A stretch of 64,000 bases of DNA, from IMG/VR virus record IMGVR_UViG_3300031760_000033, positions 11,727-75,726 of that record. One strand, 5' to 3'. Positions 43,808-52,047 of this stretch are shown here, one piece after another. Within the stretch, counting starts at the first letter, position 1. Each line of letters starts with the position of its first letter. The notes beneath the pieces were generated by a model that was not told the DNA's origin, made no database searches, and saw only the letters and a program-made list of their open reading frames with translations. The position numbers and the translations under genes are program-made. The DNA is from a virus (Duplodnaviria; Caudoviricetes).

Positions 43808-44299
43808 TTAGTCTTCTTCTTTAATAACAAATCCGAATGGAACAATACCATCAACGATACTCTGCCAATGTTTTACCACGTCAGGATGAGCATGGCTCCC
43901 TCTGCTTTCTATATAGCTTGCGGCAGTTTCTTGAACCAATTTCCATGTTTCTTTTGAGATAGTTTTCTCAAACTTGTCAGAATATTGAGGAAACAACAGG
44001 TTGTCATAGTTGAGGATGCGTAGTCCGGTTTTGTTTTCGCTATACATCCACTCGCGAATAAACCCCCACATAACAAATCCTGCCTGAAAGCCAGTGATAC
44101 CTTCTCGCTTGGCACCATACCATGCCCCTGCAAGGGCTAATGCTGCACAGGCATTACATGCGGTTCCGTAGTCATGGCGAGTACGATGGAAGAGAAGCCA
44201 CGCCAACTTGATAAGTTGAAATATCGTCTTTGTTTCGTGGGCCATCTTAAACCACTTTTTTTGTGGTCTCATTTCCTCTGTTACAGTTACTTTTTTCAT
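43808..44299 (-). CDS. Conserved hypothetical phage protein
   Basis: HDYGTACNA...GITGFQAG.VMW...YDNLLFPQY...HWQSIVDG.VPFG. Confidence 0.7.
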   Translation of the reverse strand: MKKVTVTEEMRPQKKWFKMAHETKTIFQLIKLAWLLFHRTRHDYGTACNACAALALAGAWYGAKREGITGFQAGFVMWGFIREWMYSENKTGLRILNYDNLLFPQYSDKFEKTISKETWKLVQETAASYIESRGSHAHPDVVKHWQSIVDGIVPFGFVIKEED

Positions 44300-44306
44300 G
44301 GTGTTG

Positions 44307-46280
44307 TTATTTTGTTTCTACTTTTAAAGATGTGTCTGCACGGAACATATAGAACATCTGTGTGTTCTCAATGCGAGGCAAATTCTCGTCATCAACCACG
44401 GAACTTTCATCCACCCAGCACGGCATATTCACGCCAAGTTTCTCGCAGAAGAAACGCTGGACGTCGATGGCCGTAACGATGCGACTGGCGTTGTTTGTCG
44501 TTGAGTATGACACTCCCTGAGCGTCTTTCAACACGAGGTCTGGGACCACAGTACCATCCTTCTGCTTTGACCAAACCTCGATGCGAGAGAACTTCAAGCC
44601 GTCGTTGACCTTGTGGCTGAGGATTTCCATCTGTTCCTGCTTGTAGTTTTTGACAAGCTGGCGCTGACGCTCATAGGTTGCAAGCTCGACGCCTTTATCG
44701 CGTTGTTCCTTTCGGAGTTCCTCGATGTTTTTGCGGAGCTTCTCGGCACGGGCTTTCAGACCGCGTTTTTCGTAGAGGGGAACCAACTCGGCGTTGATTC
44801 TGTCTTTCTCGGCCTTGATGTCGGAATCGTCCGGCATCTTGACCTCCGGGATAACAACGGCGTCGATGGCGGCTTGGAGTTCCTTGCCGTGGTCGGTGGC
44901 GGCGAACACCTCTTTGCTCGTGGAACGACCAGTAAGCTCGGCAATGCGTTTCTCCTGATTCTCGGTGGACTGGTTCAAGACCTCAGGAAGGGGAGCGTCG
45001 ATGAACGGCTGTGCGTCTTCGGCAATCTTGGTCAGGCGCTCAATCTCGGCGTTCTCGCTCTTGCCTCTGGCGACAATCTTCTGGATGTTATCGCGTTTGA
45101 CAAACTCAAACTTGTTGATGACCTCCTGCAACTTCTCGCCGGTGAGTTCTGCACCGCAATATTGGCAGACTTTCGCGGACGGGTCCATCGTGCGGGCCAT
45201 TTCCTCGTCGCGGTCGATGATGCACTGTTCGCGTCTCTGCTCGGCCAGTTTGAGTTCGCGGATAGCGTTGTCGTGTTCAGTGGTCTTCTGCTGACGGACT
45301 CTGACGGCCTCGTCATACTTGGCCTTACTGTCGGCGTTCTGGCGACGGACGGCGTTAATCTCACCAGTCAGGCGGTTGATTTCCTCCTGAGGCTCGTTGC
45401 ACCACTTGCGGTATGCCTCATCGAAGAGGGTCTGCTTCATCTGACGCGAGGAAATAGCCTCAGCACGGGCCTCCATCTGCGGTCTCATACGCTCGGTAAG
45501 GTCGAGCTGGCGTTTCTCGCAAGCCTCACGCTCACCTTCGAGGCGGGTAATCTCCTTCTCGTTGGCAGCAAAGTCAGTCTGCTCAATCTCGGAGATTTCA
45601 TTAGTCATACTCTGGATGAGAGACGGGATTTCGTCGAGGCGCTGCTTGATGCCCTTAGAGAGGTTGGCAGCACGGTTCTCAATCTCGTCGAGACTGTACT
45701 TGGCCAGCAGGTCGGCAATGAGGCTGTAGTCGCCCTTCATTTCCTCCGGCGTAACCTCGCCGACGATGCGCTCGATGATTTGGCGGGCCTTCTTCTTGTC
45801 GTCGAAGATTTGGCTGATGAAAAACTCACCACCGAGGACGAAACGCATCATGTCATCCGGGGCGATGTTGGCGGTCAGCCAATCCTTGAAGTCAGTGGCG
45901 TTACGCTCGATGTTGTCGATGGAGTAGCCGTACTCATCGCTGGGCGCCTTCTCGTAGATGTCGGTGCCTTTCTTGCGGGTGAACTTGGCCTTTGCGGTAC
46001 GCTCCAGACGATAGGTCTCGTTGCCTACCTGAACGACAGCCCACACGGATGCCACCGGCGTGTCTTTGGTGAGTTCGATGCGGTCGTCGAACAACTTTGA
46101 GTTGGCCGGGCTGTTGGGGTCTGTGTACGCACACATCAGCCAGCACCATGCGGCGAGGCGGGTTGACTTACCGCTCCTGTTGCGACCTGAGATACGGTTC
46201 TCCTGCAAGCCATACTTGTCGCAAAAGTTCTGGCCACGGAAATTTGAGCCTCCAAGCTCTAAGATTTTAACGTCTGTCAT
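44307..46280 (-). CDS. SMC/Rad50-like ATPase
   Basis: GRNRSGKST Walker A, long coiled coils, CQYCG Zn hook, WVDES Walker B. Confidence 0.88.
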   Translation of the reverse strand: MTDVKILELGGSNFRGQNFCDKYGLQENRISGRNRSGKSTRLAAWCWLMCAYTDPNSPANSKLFDDRIELTKDTPVASVWAVVQVGNETYRLERTAKAKFTRKKGTDIYEKAPSDEYGYSIDNIERNATDFKDWLTANIAPDDMMRFVLGGEFFISQIFDDKKKARQIIERIVGEVTPEEMKGDYSLIADLLAKYSLDEIENRAANLSKGIKQRLDEIPSLIQSMTNEISEIEQTDFAANEKEITRLEGEREACEKRQLDLTERMRPQMEARAEAISSRQMKQTLFDEAYRKWCNEPQEEINRLTGEINAVRRQNADSKAKYDEAVRVRQQKTTEHDNAIRELKLAEQRREQCIIDRDEEMARTMDPSAKVCQYCGAELTGEKLQEVINKFEFVKRDNIQKIVARGKSENAEIERLTKIAEDAQPFIDAPLPEVLNQSTENQEKRIAELTGRSTSKEVFAATDHGKELQAAIDAVVIPEVKMPDDSDIKAEKDRINAELVPLYEKRGLKARAEKLRKNIEELRKEQRDKGVELATYERQRQLVKNYKQEQMEILSHKVNDGLKFSRIEVWSKQKDGTVVPDLVLKDAQGVSYSTTNNASRIVTAIDVQRFFCEKLGVNMPCWVDESSVVDDENLPRIENTQMFYMFRADTSLKVETK

Positions 46281-46304
46281 ATCAGTTGTTTATTGTTTAA
46301 TTTT

Positions 46305-46351
46305 GATGCAAAAGTACGAAGAAAATTTGAATTACGAAAAAAAAAGTTCGC
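46305..46351 (-). promoter_or_regulatory. Phage promoter family copy B
   Basis: -7 box at 46309-46316; 37/47 nt identical to 32624-32670; upstream ATTACGAAA/TTTCGTAAT inverted repeat. Confidence 0.8.
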
Positions 46352-46836
46352 TAAATTTCGTAATAATTTTTTAATGTATTGTAGTTCATTAGGTTGTACT
46401 TGAAATATTTTTTCACGGAGCCTCGATAATCACTCCCACAACCGGGATTCCACACGTCGATGGCCCTGTCTATTTCAAGATTTGGGTTGTGTCGTTCCTG
46501 TACGATTTTGAATATGGCATAGCTTCCCTGCCGGTCGTAACGGTCATCGTAATTGAAGCAATCGAACCCTACGATGCGGTTGGCTTCGCGAACCATAATT
46601 TCTGACAGCTGGAGGCATCCGACCCATCGTCCGCATGGAGATACTGCCGTGTGGTTGAAGTTCGATTCTTGTTTGGCGAAAGCGAGAGCCATTGCGTTAA
46701 TTGTGTCCTCGCGTGTCAAGACATACTCCGTTTCTTTCGGAAAGGTGTCCGCAATCGTTTCTTTTTCGTCTTTGGTGTAGTTGGCACATCCGACCGTTAG
46801 AAGTGCCGCAAACACGGCGAAAATTGTTTTCTTCAT
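46351..46836 (-). CDS. Lipoprotein lytic transglycosylase (SLT-like)
   Basis: MKKTIFAVFAALLTVG-C lipobox; QESNFN..A...VGCLQL; WNPG. Confidence 0.75.
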   Translation of the reverse strand: MKKTIFAVFAALLTVGCANYTKDEKETIADTFPKETEYVLTREDTINAMALAFAKQESNFNHTAVSPCGRWVGCLQLSEIMVREANRIVGFDCFNYDDRYDRQGSYAIFKIVQERHNPNLEIDRAIDVWNPGCGSDYRGSVKKYFKYNLMNYNTLKNYYEI

Positions 46837-46838
46837 TG

Positions 46839-47105
46839 TTATTCTCCTTTCATATAGTTTTTGAAATCCTCGATAAATTCTTCTTTTGATGTAATTGACT
46901 CTATCGCTGTACCAAAAGTAACAACTTCAACCCTATCGTATAGTTTATAATTTAGGTATCTTGCCGCCTTCTTAATAAAGGAATCAGTGCGGGTGTATTC
47001 AATGTCATTCTTAGTAAGTCTTTTAGGCATCCACTCGAGTACGAGTGTACCATTTACAAGACTTTCAAACAGATAAATCTTCTCAGGTGCTTCGTTTTCT
47101 TTCAT
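46839..47105 (-). CDS. Hypothetical protein
   Basis: APEKIYL...DIEYTRTDSFIKKA...FIEDFKNYMKGE. Confidence 0.65.
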   Translation of the reverse strand: MKENEAPEKIYLFESLVNGTLVLEWMPKRLTKNDIEYTRTDSFIKKAARYLNYKLYDRVEVVTFGTAIESITSKEEFIEDFKNYMKGE

Positions 47106-47848
47106 AACATCTTATCTCCTTTCATTCTTTGTTTGAGGGATTTGAGCCAAAAAATACAGTCTCCAGCTTTACCATACCCGTCACCAAACCTTTTTTTTAG
47201 TTCTATAAGATTATCAATTGAGAGTTTTAAAAGATTTTCATCCTCTTCACTCCAAGCGTCGTGTTTGTTGGGATGCAGTGATTTAAGCCAAAGTAAGGTT
47301 TCGTGTACATCTTTTTGATAACTTGATGATTTTTCGGTTGGAGAATGATGGTCTTGTACTTGCAAAAAGTATTCTAATTTATTATAATAGTATAAATCTT
47401 TATCTGTCCACTGAGTAGGTTTCTGCTTTGTAAGTACATAATCGTTTTCATCGCAAATTGGTAAAGAAAGAAACGCTGTACGGTCGTCAGATTCACAGGA
47501 ATAAGCACCTTCACCTATATATTTAACCCTTACGGGAACATAATGACCGTTTGGTTTGGTTGGTTCTATAACATCGCCAACTCGAAATTTAGGATAGATG
47601 TACTTAATTTCGGGCTTCTGCTTACCTTGCTTTTCAAGCCAATCAATTAATTCTTCTTTTCTCCAACCTGAAATAACAGATACGTTATATTTTATATACT
47701 GTATTAGTGCTTTTCTTATCCTCTCATCCTCGCTCTCCTTGAGTTCGGGGAAATAATGTTCAGCATCTTCCTTTGTTGCGCCGTGCAAACCATCATAAAG
47801 ACTTTGCATCCAAGCTAATGCTTTTTCGTATTTTTCTTTGTAATCCAT
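47102..47848 (-). CDS. Hypothetical repeat-containing phage protein
   Basis: ESEDERIRKALI, WTDKD and WSEEDE...WLKSL repeated modules. Confidence 0.7.
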   Translation of the reverse strand: MDYKEKYEKALAWMQSLYDGLHGATKEDAEHYFPELKESEDERIRKALIQYIKYNVSVISGWRKEELIDWLEKQGKQKPEIKYIYPKFRVGDVIEPTKPNGHYVPVRVKYIGEGAYSCESDDRTAFLSLPICDENDYVLTKQKPTQWTDKDLYYYNKLEYFLQVQDHHSPTEKSSSYQKDVHETLLWLKSLHPNKHDAWSEEDENLLKLSIDNLIELKKRFGDGYGKAGDCIFWLKSLKQRMKGDKML

Positions 47849-47869
47849 AATTGTCCTTTTTAATTGTTA

Positions 47870-48673
47870 TTACTCGAACAGGCTCAACTGAGTGCCTGTC
47901 TTTATTTCTGTCGGGAGTGTGTAGGAGTCCTCAAAATTGTCGACGTGCTCATGCGGTAGAGAGTCCTTCTTGATGCGGTAGTGCTTTATCCAGCCTTTCT
48001 CGGCTATATCAAGCCACCACTTGCGGCGTTGTTCCTCAACATCCTTTGCGGTCGCCAGTGTGTACTCCCAATAGGTAGAGAACACGGCGCCGGACACCAT
48101 GTGCCTCAGGCTGTCAATCTTGAAGAAGGTGAAATGCTCGTAGTCCAGAGTCAGGGCATTGCCGCACGTTACCTCGCCGGTGACGGAGTTTGTAACAAAG
48201 TTGAGCAGAGTCATCTTTGCACACGTCATCGACAGGTCGTTGGCATAAAGCTCTATGTCTTTGCCTTCGTTGCGGGCAATCTTCAAGGCGTTAAGTAACG
48301 TCCTGCCGCTTCCACAGGCCGGGTCGTTCACCGTGGCGCCATCCTCAATGCCAACAATCTCGGACATCAGGAGAGATACGCTGTCCGGGGTGAAGAATTG
48401 GCCCTTCTCTCCGTGGCTGATGCGGCGCATAAACATATCGCCGAGTGGGTCTTTGAAATCCTCAGCTTCCTCGCCGTAGGCTTGCATGGCGGCAATCATA
48501 TTCATTTTGAAGTCAGGATTGCTGTTCATGTGTTTGAACAACTCGCGCTGCCTGTCATTTGGATTGTTGCAGAAGAACTGCAACTGGAGGTCGAGGAAAT
48601 TGTCGAAGCAGTCAGCAAACTGTGTTCTGCCTCCGATAGATAGCTTCTCGATGCACTTTTCTAAAGAGTCCAT
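47870..48673 (-). CDS. N6-adenine DNA methyltransferase-like protein (type I M-subunit-like, no NPPY/F motif)
   Basis: KGQFFTP; SAM-binding motif NDPACGSGRTL; GNAL without a following NPPx. Confidence 0.75.
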   Translation of the reverse strand: MDSLEKCIEKLSIGGRTQFADCFDNFLDLQLQFFCNNPNDRQRELFKHMNSNPDFKMNMIAAMQAYGEEAEDFKDPLGDMFMRRISHGEKGQFFTPDSVSLLMSEIVGIEDGATVNDPACGSGRTLLNALKIARNEGKDIELYANDLSMTCAKMTLLNFVTNSVTGEVTCGNALTLDYEHFTFFKIDSLRHMVSGAVFSTYWEYTLATAKDVEEQRRKWWLDIAEKGWIKHYRIKKDSLPHEHVDNFEDSYTLPTEIKTGTQLSLFE

Positions 48674-48692
48674 AGGTCTGAAATTTTGGTTA

Positions 48693-48820
48693 CAAAATTA
48701 GTGATTATTTCCGGATGATGAAAAAACCTTTTCACCATTATCAATTACAATGTTGTATATGTTATTGAATTATAGCGTAAAATATTCAATAGTATTGAGT
48801 ATTGATTGTTAGTACCTTTG
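48693..48820. promoter_or_regulatory. Divergent sigma-A promoters (MTase-like gene / six-gene cassette)
   Basis: TAATTTTG on - strand (48693-48700) and TACCTTTG on + strand (48813-48820). Confidence 0.6.
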
Positions 48821-48870
48821 CTTCCGGTTGCAACCACAAACGCAGTATTAACAATTAAAACATCAAACAA

Positions 48871-49824
48871 ATGAGCGAAACTATCGTAGTTCCCGATAAC
48901 GGGAGCAACATGAACAACGCATGGCCCTTGCTGGCTATGAACAACGGTGGGTTCGGTGGTCTTGGCAACGGCCTTGGTGCCGGTGTCGTCGGCTTTATCC
49001 TTGGCGCCCTCATCAACGGTAACGGAAATGGACTGTTTGGTAACGGCGGGAATAACGCCGGTGCCGCCGCCGCCTCTCTTGGCGCACAGGCTACCGCCCT
49101 GAACAACACCGACCTCTTGATGAACGCCATCACGAGCAGCGGTGAACGCCAGCATGAGGCGGTCCAGACACTCAGCACGATGCTCGGTCAGGACTTCAAC
49201 CTCGTGAACAGCGGCGTCCAGACCGTACAGACATCACTTGCCACCATTGCCGCCAATCAGGGCATGAATGTCATGCAGGTCATCAATGCCATCCAGAGTG
49301 GCAATACGGCTCTCCAGAGCCAGCTTTGCGAGTGCTGCTGCAATATGAAGCAGCTTGTCACTGAGCAGGGCTACCAAGGTCAGCTCCGCACTCTCGAACA
49401 GACTGCCGCTATGAACAACGGCTTCGCCGGCGTAAACACCAACATCGCCGCGACCAAGGCCGCACAGGAGCTTGCCGACTGCAAGCAGACTTACGCACTC
49501 ACGGACACCATGAACAACCATTACATCGCGCTTGACAATAAGCTCGACGCTATGGAATCTGGACGTAAGGACCGCGAGATTACGGCCTTGACTGCCAAAA
49601 TCGCGCAGCTGGAGTCGCAGAACTTCACCACCGCCGCTCTCGGTCAGGCTGTCGCGCCTATCAACGCACAGCTTGCAGCCCTTGCCCGTGAAGTTGACAC
49701 CATCAAGTGCAACCAGCTTCCGACGGTCAACGTACAGTGGCCTCAGCTTACCGCCGTCAACACCACTCCTTATGTGAATGGTGGCTTCTACGGCAACGGT
49801 TGGGGCAATGGCCTTTACTTCTAA
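48871..49824 (+). CDS. Gly-zipper/coiled-coil protein with CECCC motif (cassette gene 1)
   Basis: GGFGGLGNGLGAGVVGFILGALING hydrophobic segment; long heptads; QLCECCC; aromatic G-rich C-terminus. Confidence 0.85.
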   Translation: MSETIVVPDNGSNMNNAWPLLAMNNGGFGGLGNGLGAGVVGFILGALINGNGNGLFGNGGNNAGAAAASLGAQATALNNTDLLMNAITSSGERQHEAVQTLSTMLGQDFNLVNSGVQTVQTSLATIAANQGMNVMQVINAIQSGNTALQSQLCECCCNMKQLVTEQGYQGQLRTLEQTAAMNNGFAGVNTNIAATKAAQELADCKQTYALTDTMNNHYIALDNKLDAMESGRKDREITALTAKIAQLESQNFTTAALGQAVAPINAQLAALAREVDTIKCNQLPTVNVQWPQLTAVNTTPYVNGGFYGNGWGNGLYF

Positions 49825-49842
49825 TTAGGAAAGGAGTAAGAA

Positions 49843-50181
49843 ATGAACAATCCATTCAGTAATATCACTACGAATGTCAACGGGATTCCGTACCTGTCGA
49901 GCACCAACATCACTGTTACTGACACTGCTGTTGACATCGCTCTTGGATTCCGTCGCATCCAGCCTGTCGGACATCTGACGGTACGGATTGCCTCGTCCAT
50001 CCCTGACGGAACCACAGGCACATTGCCAGTGACGCTGACCCTCAATGGCACCAGCCGTGCCTTGACGTTCTTCAACGGAACGCCTGTGACGGCTGCCGAC
50101 CTTACGGGAACCGGCGTGATTACCGTGTTTAACGACCGCTTCAACGGCATCTTGCAGCTGACGTCGCCGCTCACGGCTTAA
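49843..50181 (+). CDS. Small all-beta protein (cassette gene 2)
   Basis: 112 aa, T/V-rich beta pattern. Confidence 0.75.
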   Translation: MNNPFSNITTNVNGIPYLSSTNITVTDTAVDIALGFRRIQPVGHLTVRIASSIPDGTTGTLPVTLTLNGTSRALTFFNGTPVTAADLTGTGVITVFNDRFNGILQLTSPLTA

Positions 50182-50213
50182 CAAAAGTTATTAACAATTA
50201 AACGAGTAAAAAG

Positions 50214-50744
50214 ATGTTTGGAACACTCAGAGCAGGCTCGCTCCTGTATATCCTTAACAAAGGAGAAAACCCCAGCCTTACGGTTGGGCAGGTCCTCTCG
50301 ACGACACCGCCGAGAGCAAAAGTAGGGAACCAGTTTATGCCGAACCCTCTCCAGATGGAGCAGGTTATCGACATAACAGTCAAGGTCGGCGACGACACGA
50401 AGACATTTTCCAATGTCAATACGGCATTGTCGATTGTCGATACCGGTGCCAACAACTACGTCATATCTGACGACAAGACAGCAATCACCAACGAGGTGGA
50501 AGCTTATGGAACACTGTCGCAGAACGCATTGAACAGTGTGCCGTACCACAAGAAAGTGGTCGCCGCTTGCAAACAGATGATGTTGGAGTTGAACCCCAAC
50601 TTGCAGAAAGAAGCCGACCGAGACACAAAAATCAGCAACCTTGAAAAAGAACTTGCTGAAATCAAGGGTGGTTTCTCAGAACTTACGAACTTTCTCAAAG
50701 GTGCCCTCGGAACACCTCAAACCTCGTTGATTAAACCTCAGTAA
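50214..50744 (+). CDS. Beta-domain plus coiled-coil protein (cassette gene 3)
   Basis: MFGTLRAGSLLYIL...ELNP..QKE..RD.KI.NLE. Confidence 0.8.
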   Translation: MFGTLRAGSLLYILNKGENPSLTVGQVLSTTPPRAKVGNQFMPNPLQMEQVIDITVKVGDDTKTFSNVNTALSIVDTGANNYVISDDKTAITNEVEAYGTLSQNALNSVPYHKKVVAACKQMMLELNPNLQKEADRDTKISNLEKELAEIKGGFSELTNFLKGALGTPQTSLIKPQ

Positions 50745-50746
50745 TT

Positions 50747-50983
50747 ATGGGCTACACAATCATTCACAGAAAAGACAAGGAGAAGATGGCCGACATGGTG
50801 GAGGACATTCTCTACACCGCCGGTCGCCTGATGTCCTGTGTCGATGAACTCGAAGACTCCAGCATGATGGGTGAGCGTCGTTACCCGGACGGTATGGGGA
50901 TGCGTGACGGTGGTCGTATGGGCTACCGTTGGGACGACCCCTACATGATGGGTGAACGCCGTGGCATCGTCAGACGTTACTAG
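50747..50983 (+). CDS. Small Met/Arg/Gly-rich protein with two MMGERR repeats (cassette gene 4)
   Basis: 78 aa; MMGERRY and MMGERRG. Confidence 0.75.
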   Translation: MGYTIIHRKDKEKMADMVEDILYTAGRLMSCVDELEDSSMMGERRYPDGMGMRDGGRMGYRWDDPYMMGERRGIVRRY

Positions 50984-50997
50984 ACGTTCCAAACGCG

Positions 50998-51032
50998 GGG
51001 TAGGAGGCTCCGGCCTCCTGCCCTCTTTATTT
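50998..51032 (+). terminator. Intrinsic terminator inside the cassette
   Basis: GGGTAGGAGGC-TCCG-GCCTCCTGCCC then TCTTTATTT. Confidence 0.8.
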
Positions 51033-51098
51033 GCAGAGTAAATCACGCTGCAAGGCAATTAACAGAGTACCAATAACTTTTTATCTTCACAGAAAATC

Positions 51099-51512
51099 AT
51101 GGGTAAATCAAAACAACCTCTCGATATGTACGACATCATCCCGGAAGAGCAACGGGCGTACCTGATGAACTACGGCAAGCACTTCAACGAGAAGATGTGC
51201 AAGTTTGCCGTCAGCCTGATGCTGGACCGTAACGGAAAGAAGATTTCGTTGATGAAGAAGGATGACGTTCTCGCGAAACTCAAAGAGAACGGAGTTACGC
51301 TGGAGAACGATGTCATGTGCGACAGCACTTTCGTCTATCACATGGCCCTGAGCGACTTCATGGGAAGCAGCATCGAGGACGAGAAGCACATCTGTCTCTA
51401 TGTCAAAGACCTCATCGACGACGAGGACCAGCGGGACGGCTTCATTTTTGCCCGCTTTGTAAGTGACTGCATCAACAACGGAGAGCCTATCGATTGGGCC
51501 GAAATGCTGTAA
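51099..51512 (+). CDS. Acidic helical protein (cassette gene 5)
   Basis: YLMNYGKHFNEKMCKFAV...D..FVYHM..SDF...DLIDDED...F.RF..DC. Confidence 0.8.
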   Translation: MGKSKQPLDMYDIIPEEQRAYLMNYGKHFNEKMCKFAVSLMLDRNGKKISLMKKDDVLAKLKENGVTLENDVMCDSTFVYHMALSDFMGSSIEDEKHICLYVKDLIDDEDQRDGFIFARFVSDCINNGEPIDWAEML

Positions 51513-51523
51513 GTGCATAAGTT

Positions 51524-51940
51524 ATGAAAGTCCAGCGCTTATATCTCGGCCCGTACAGATGGCAGATGACCGTGTTCTACGACACGGCCCCTGAAGACTG
51601 CGACACCATCCTGAAATGCCTCGCAGACATCGGATGCGAAAGACGCAAACTCGGACAAGCGGAAGAAAACCTCCGTGGAGGGGCCAGAAATACCGGCCTG
51701 ACGTTCTCAAATCGCCAGAATAGGGAAAGTATCGTCGTGCTGTCCGAAAGCTCGTCAGAAGCCGAATTTGCGAATACTTGGTTCCATGAGGTCTTCCATG
51801 CCGCTGTACACATAGCCGAGGCAGACGGTCTCGGATGTAATGGTGAGCCTGTGGCGTACATCGGAGGCTACATTGCCATGAGGATGCAGCCACAGGCATC
51901 ACTCTTCATGTGTTCAAAATGCCACAAATATGAAATGTAG
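51524..51940 (+). CDS. HExxH zinc metallopeptidase-like protein (cassette gene 6)
   Basis: WFHEVFHAAVHI...GEPVAY; C-terminal CSKCH. Confidence 0.75.
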   Translation: MKVQRLYLGPYRWQMTVFYDTAPEDCDTILKCLADIGCERRKLGQAEENLRGGARNTGLTFSNRQNRESIVVLSESSSEAEFANTWFHEVFHAAVHIAEADGLGCNGEPVAYIGGYIAMRMQPQASLFMCSKCHKYEM

Positions 51941-52047
51941 GAGAATTAGGACTCGGTTGACTCCTCTTCTGGAGATTCTACAGGACGATTGTCTGGTTGA
52001 CCTTCACCGACTGGCTCATCTATGGTATCTTTGAGGTGTTTATGTCG

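Noticed and set aside
44613-46100. Long + strand ORF (495 aa), and similar ones at 15601-16695, 29206-30093 and 4356-5174
   Set aside because: Antisense shadows of genes with strong codon bias; no motifs and no promoter support.
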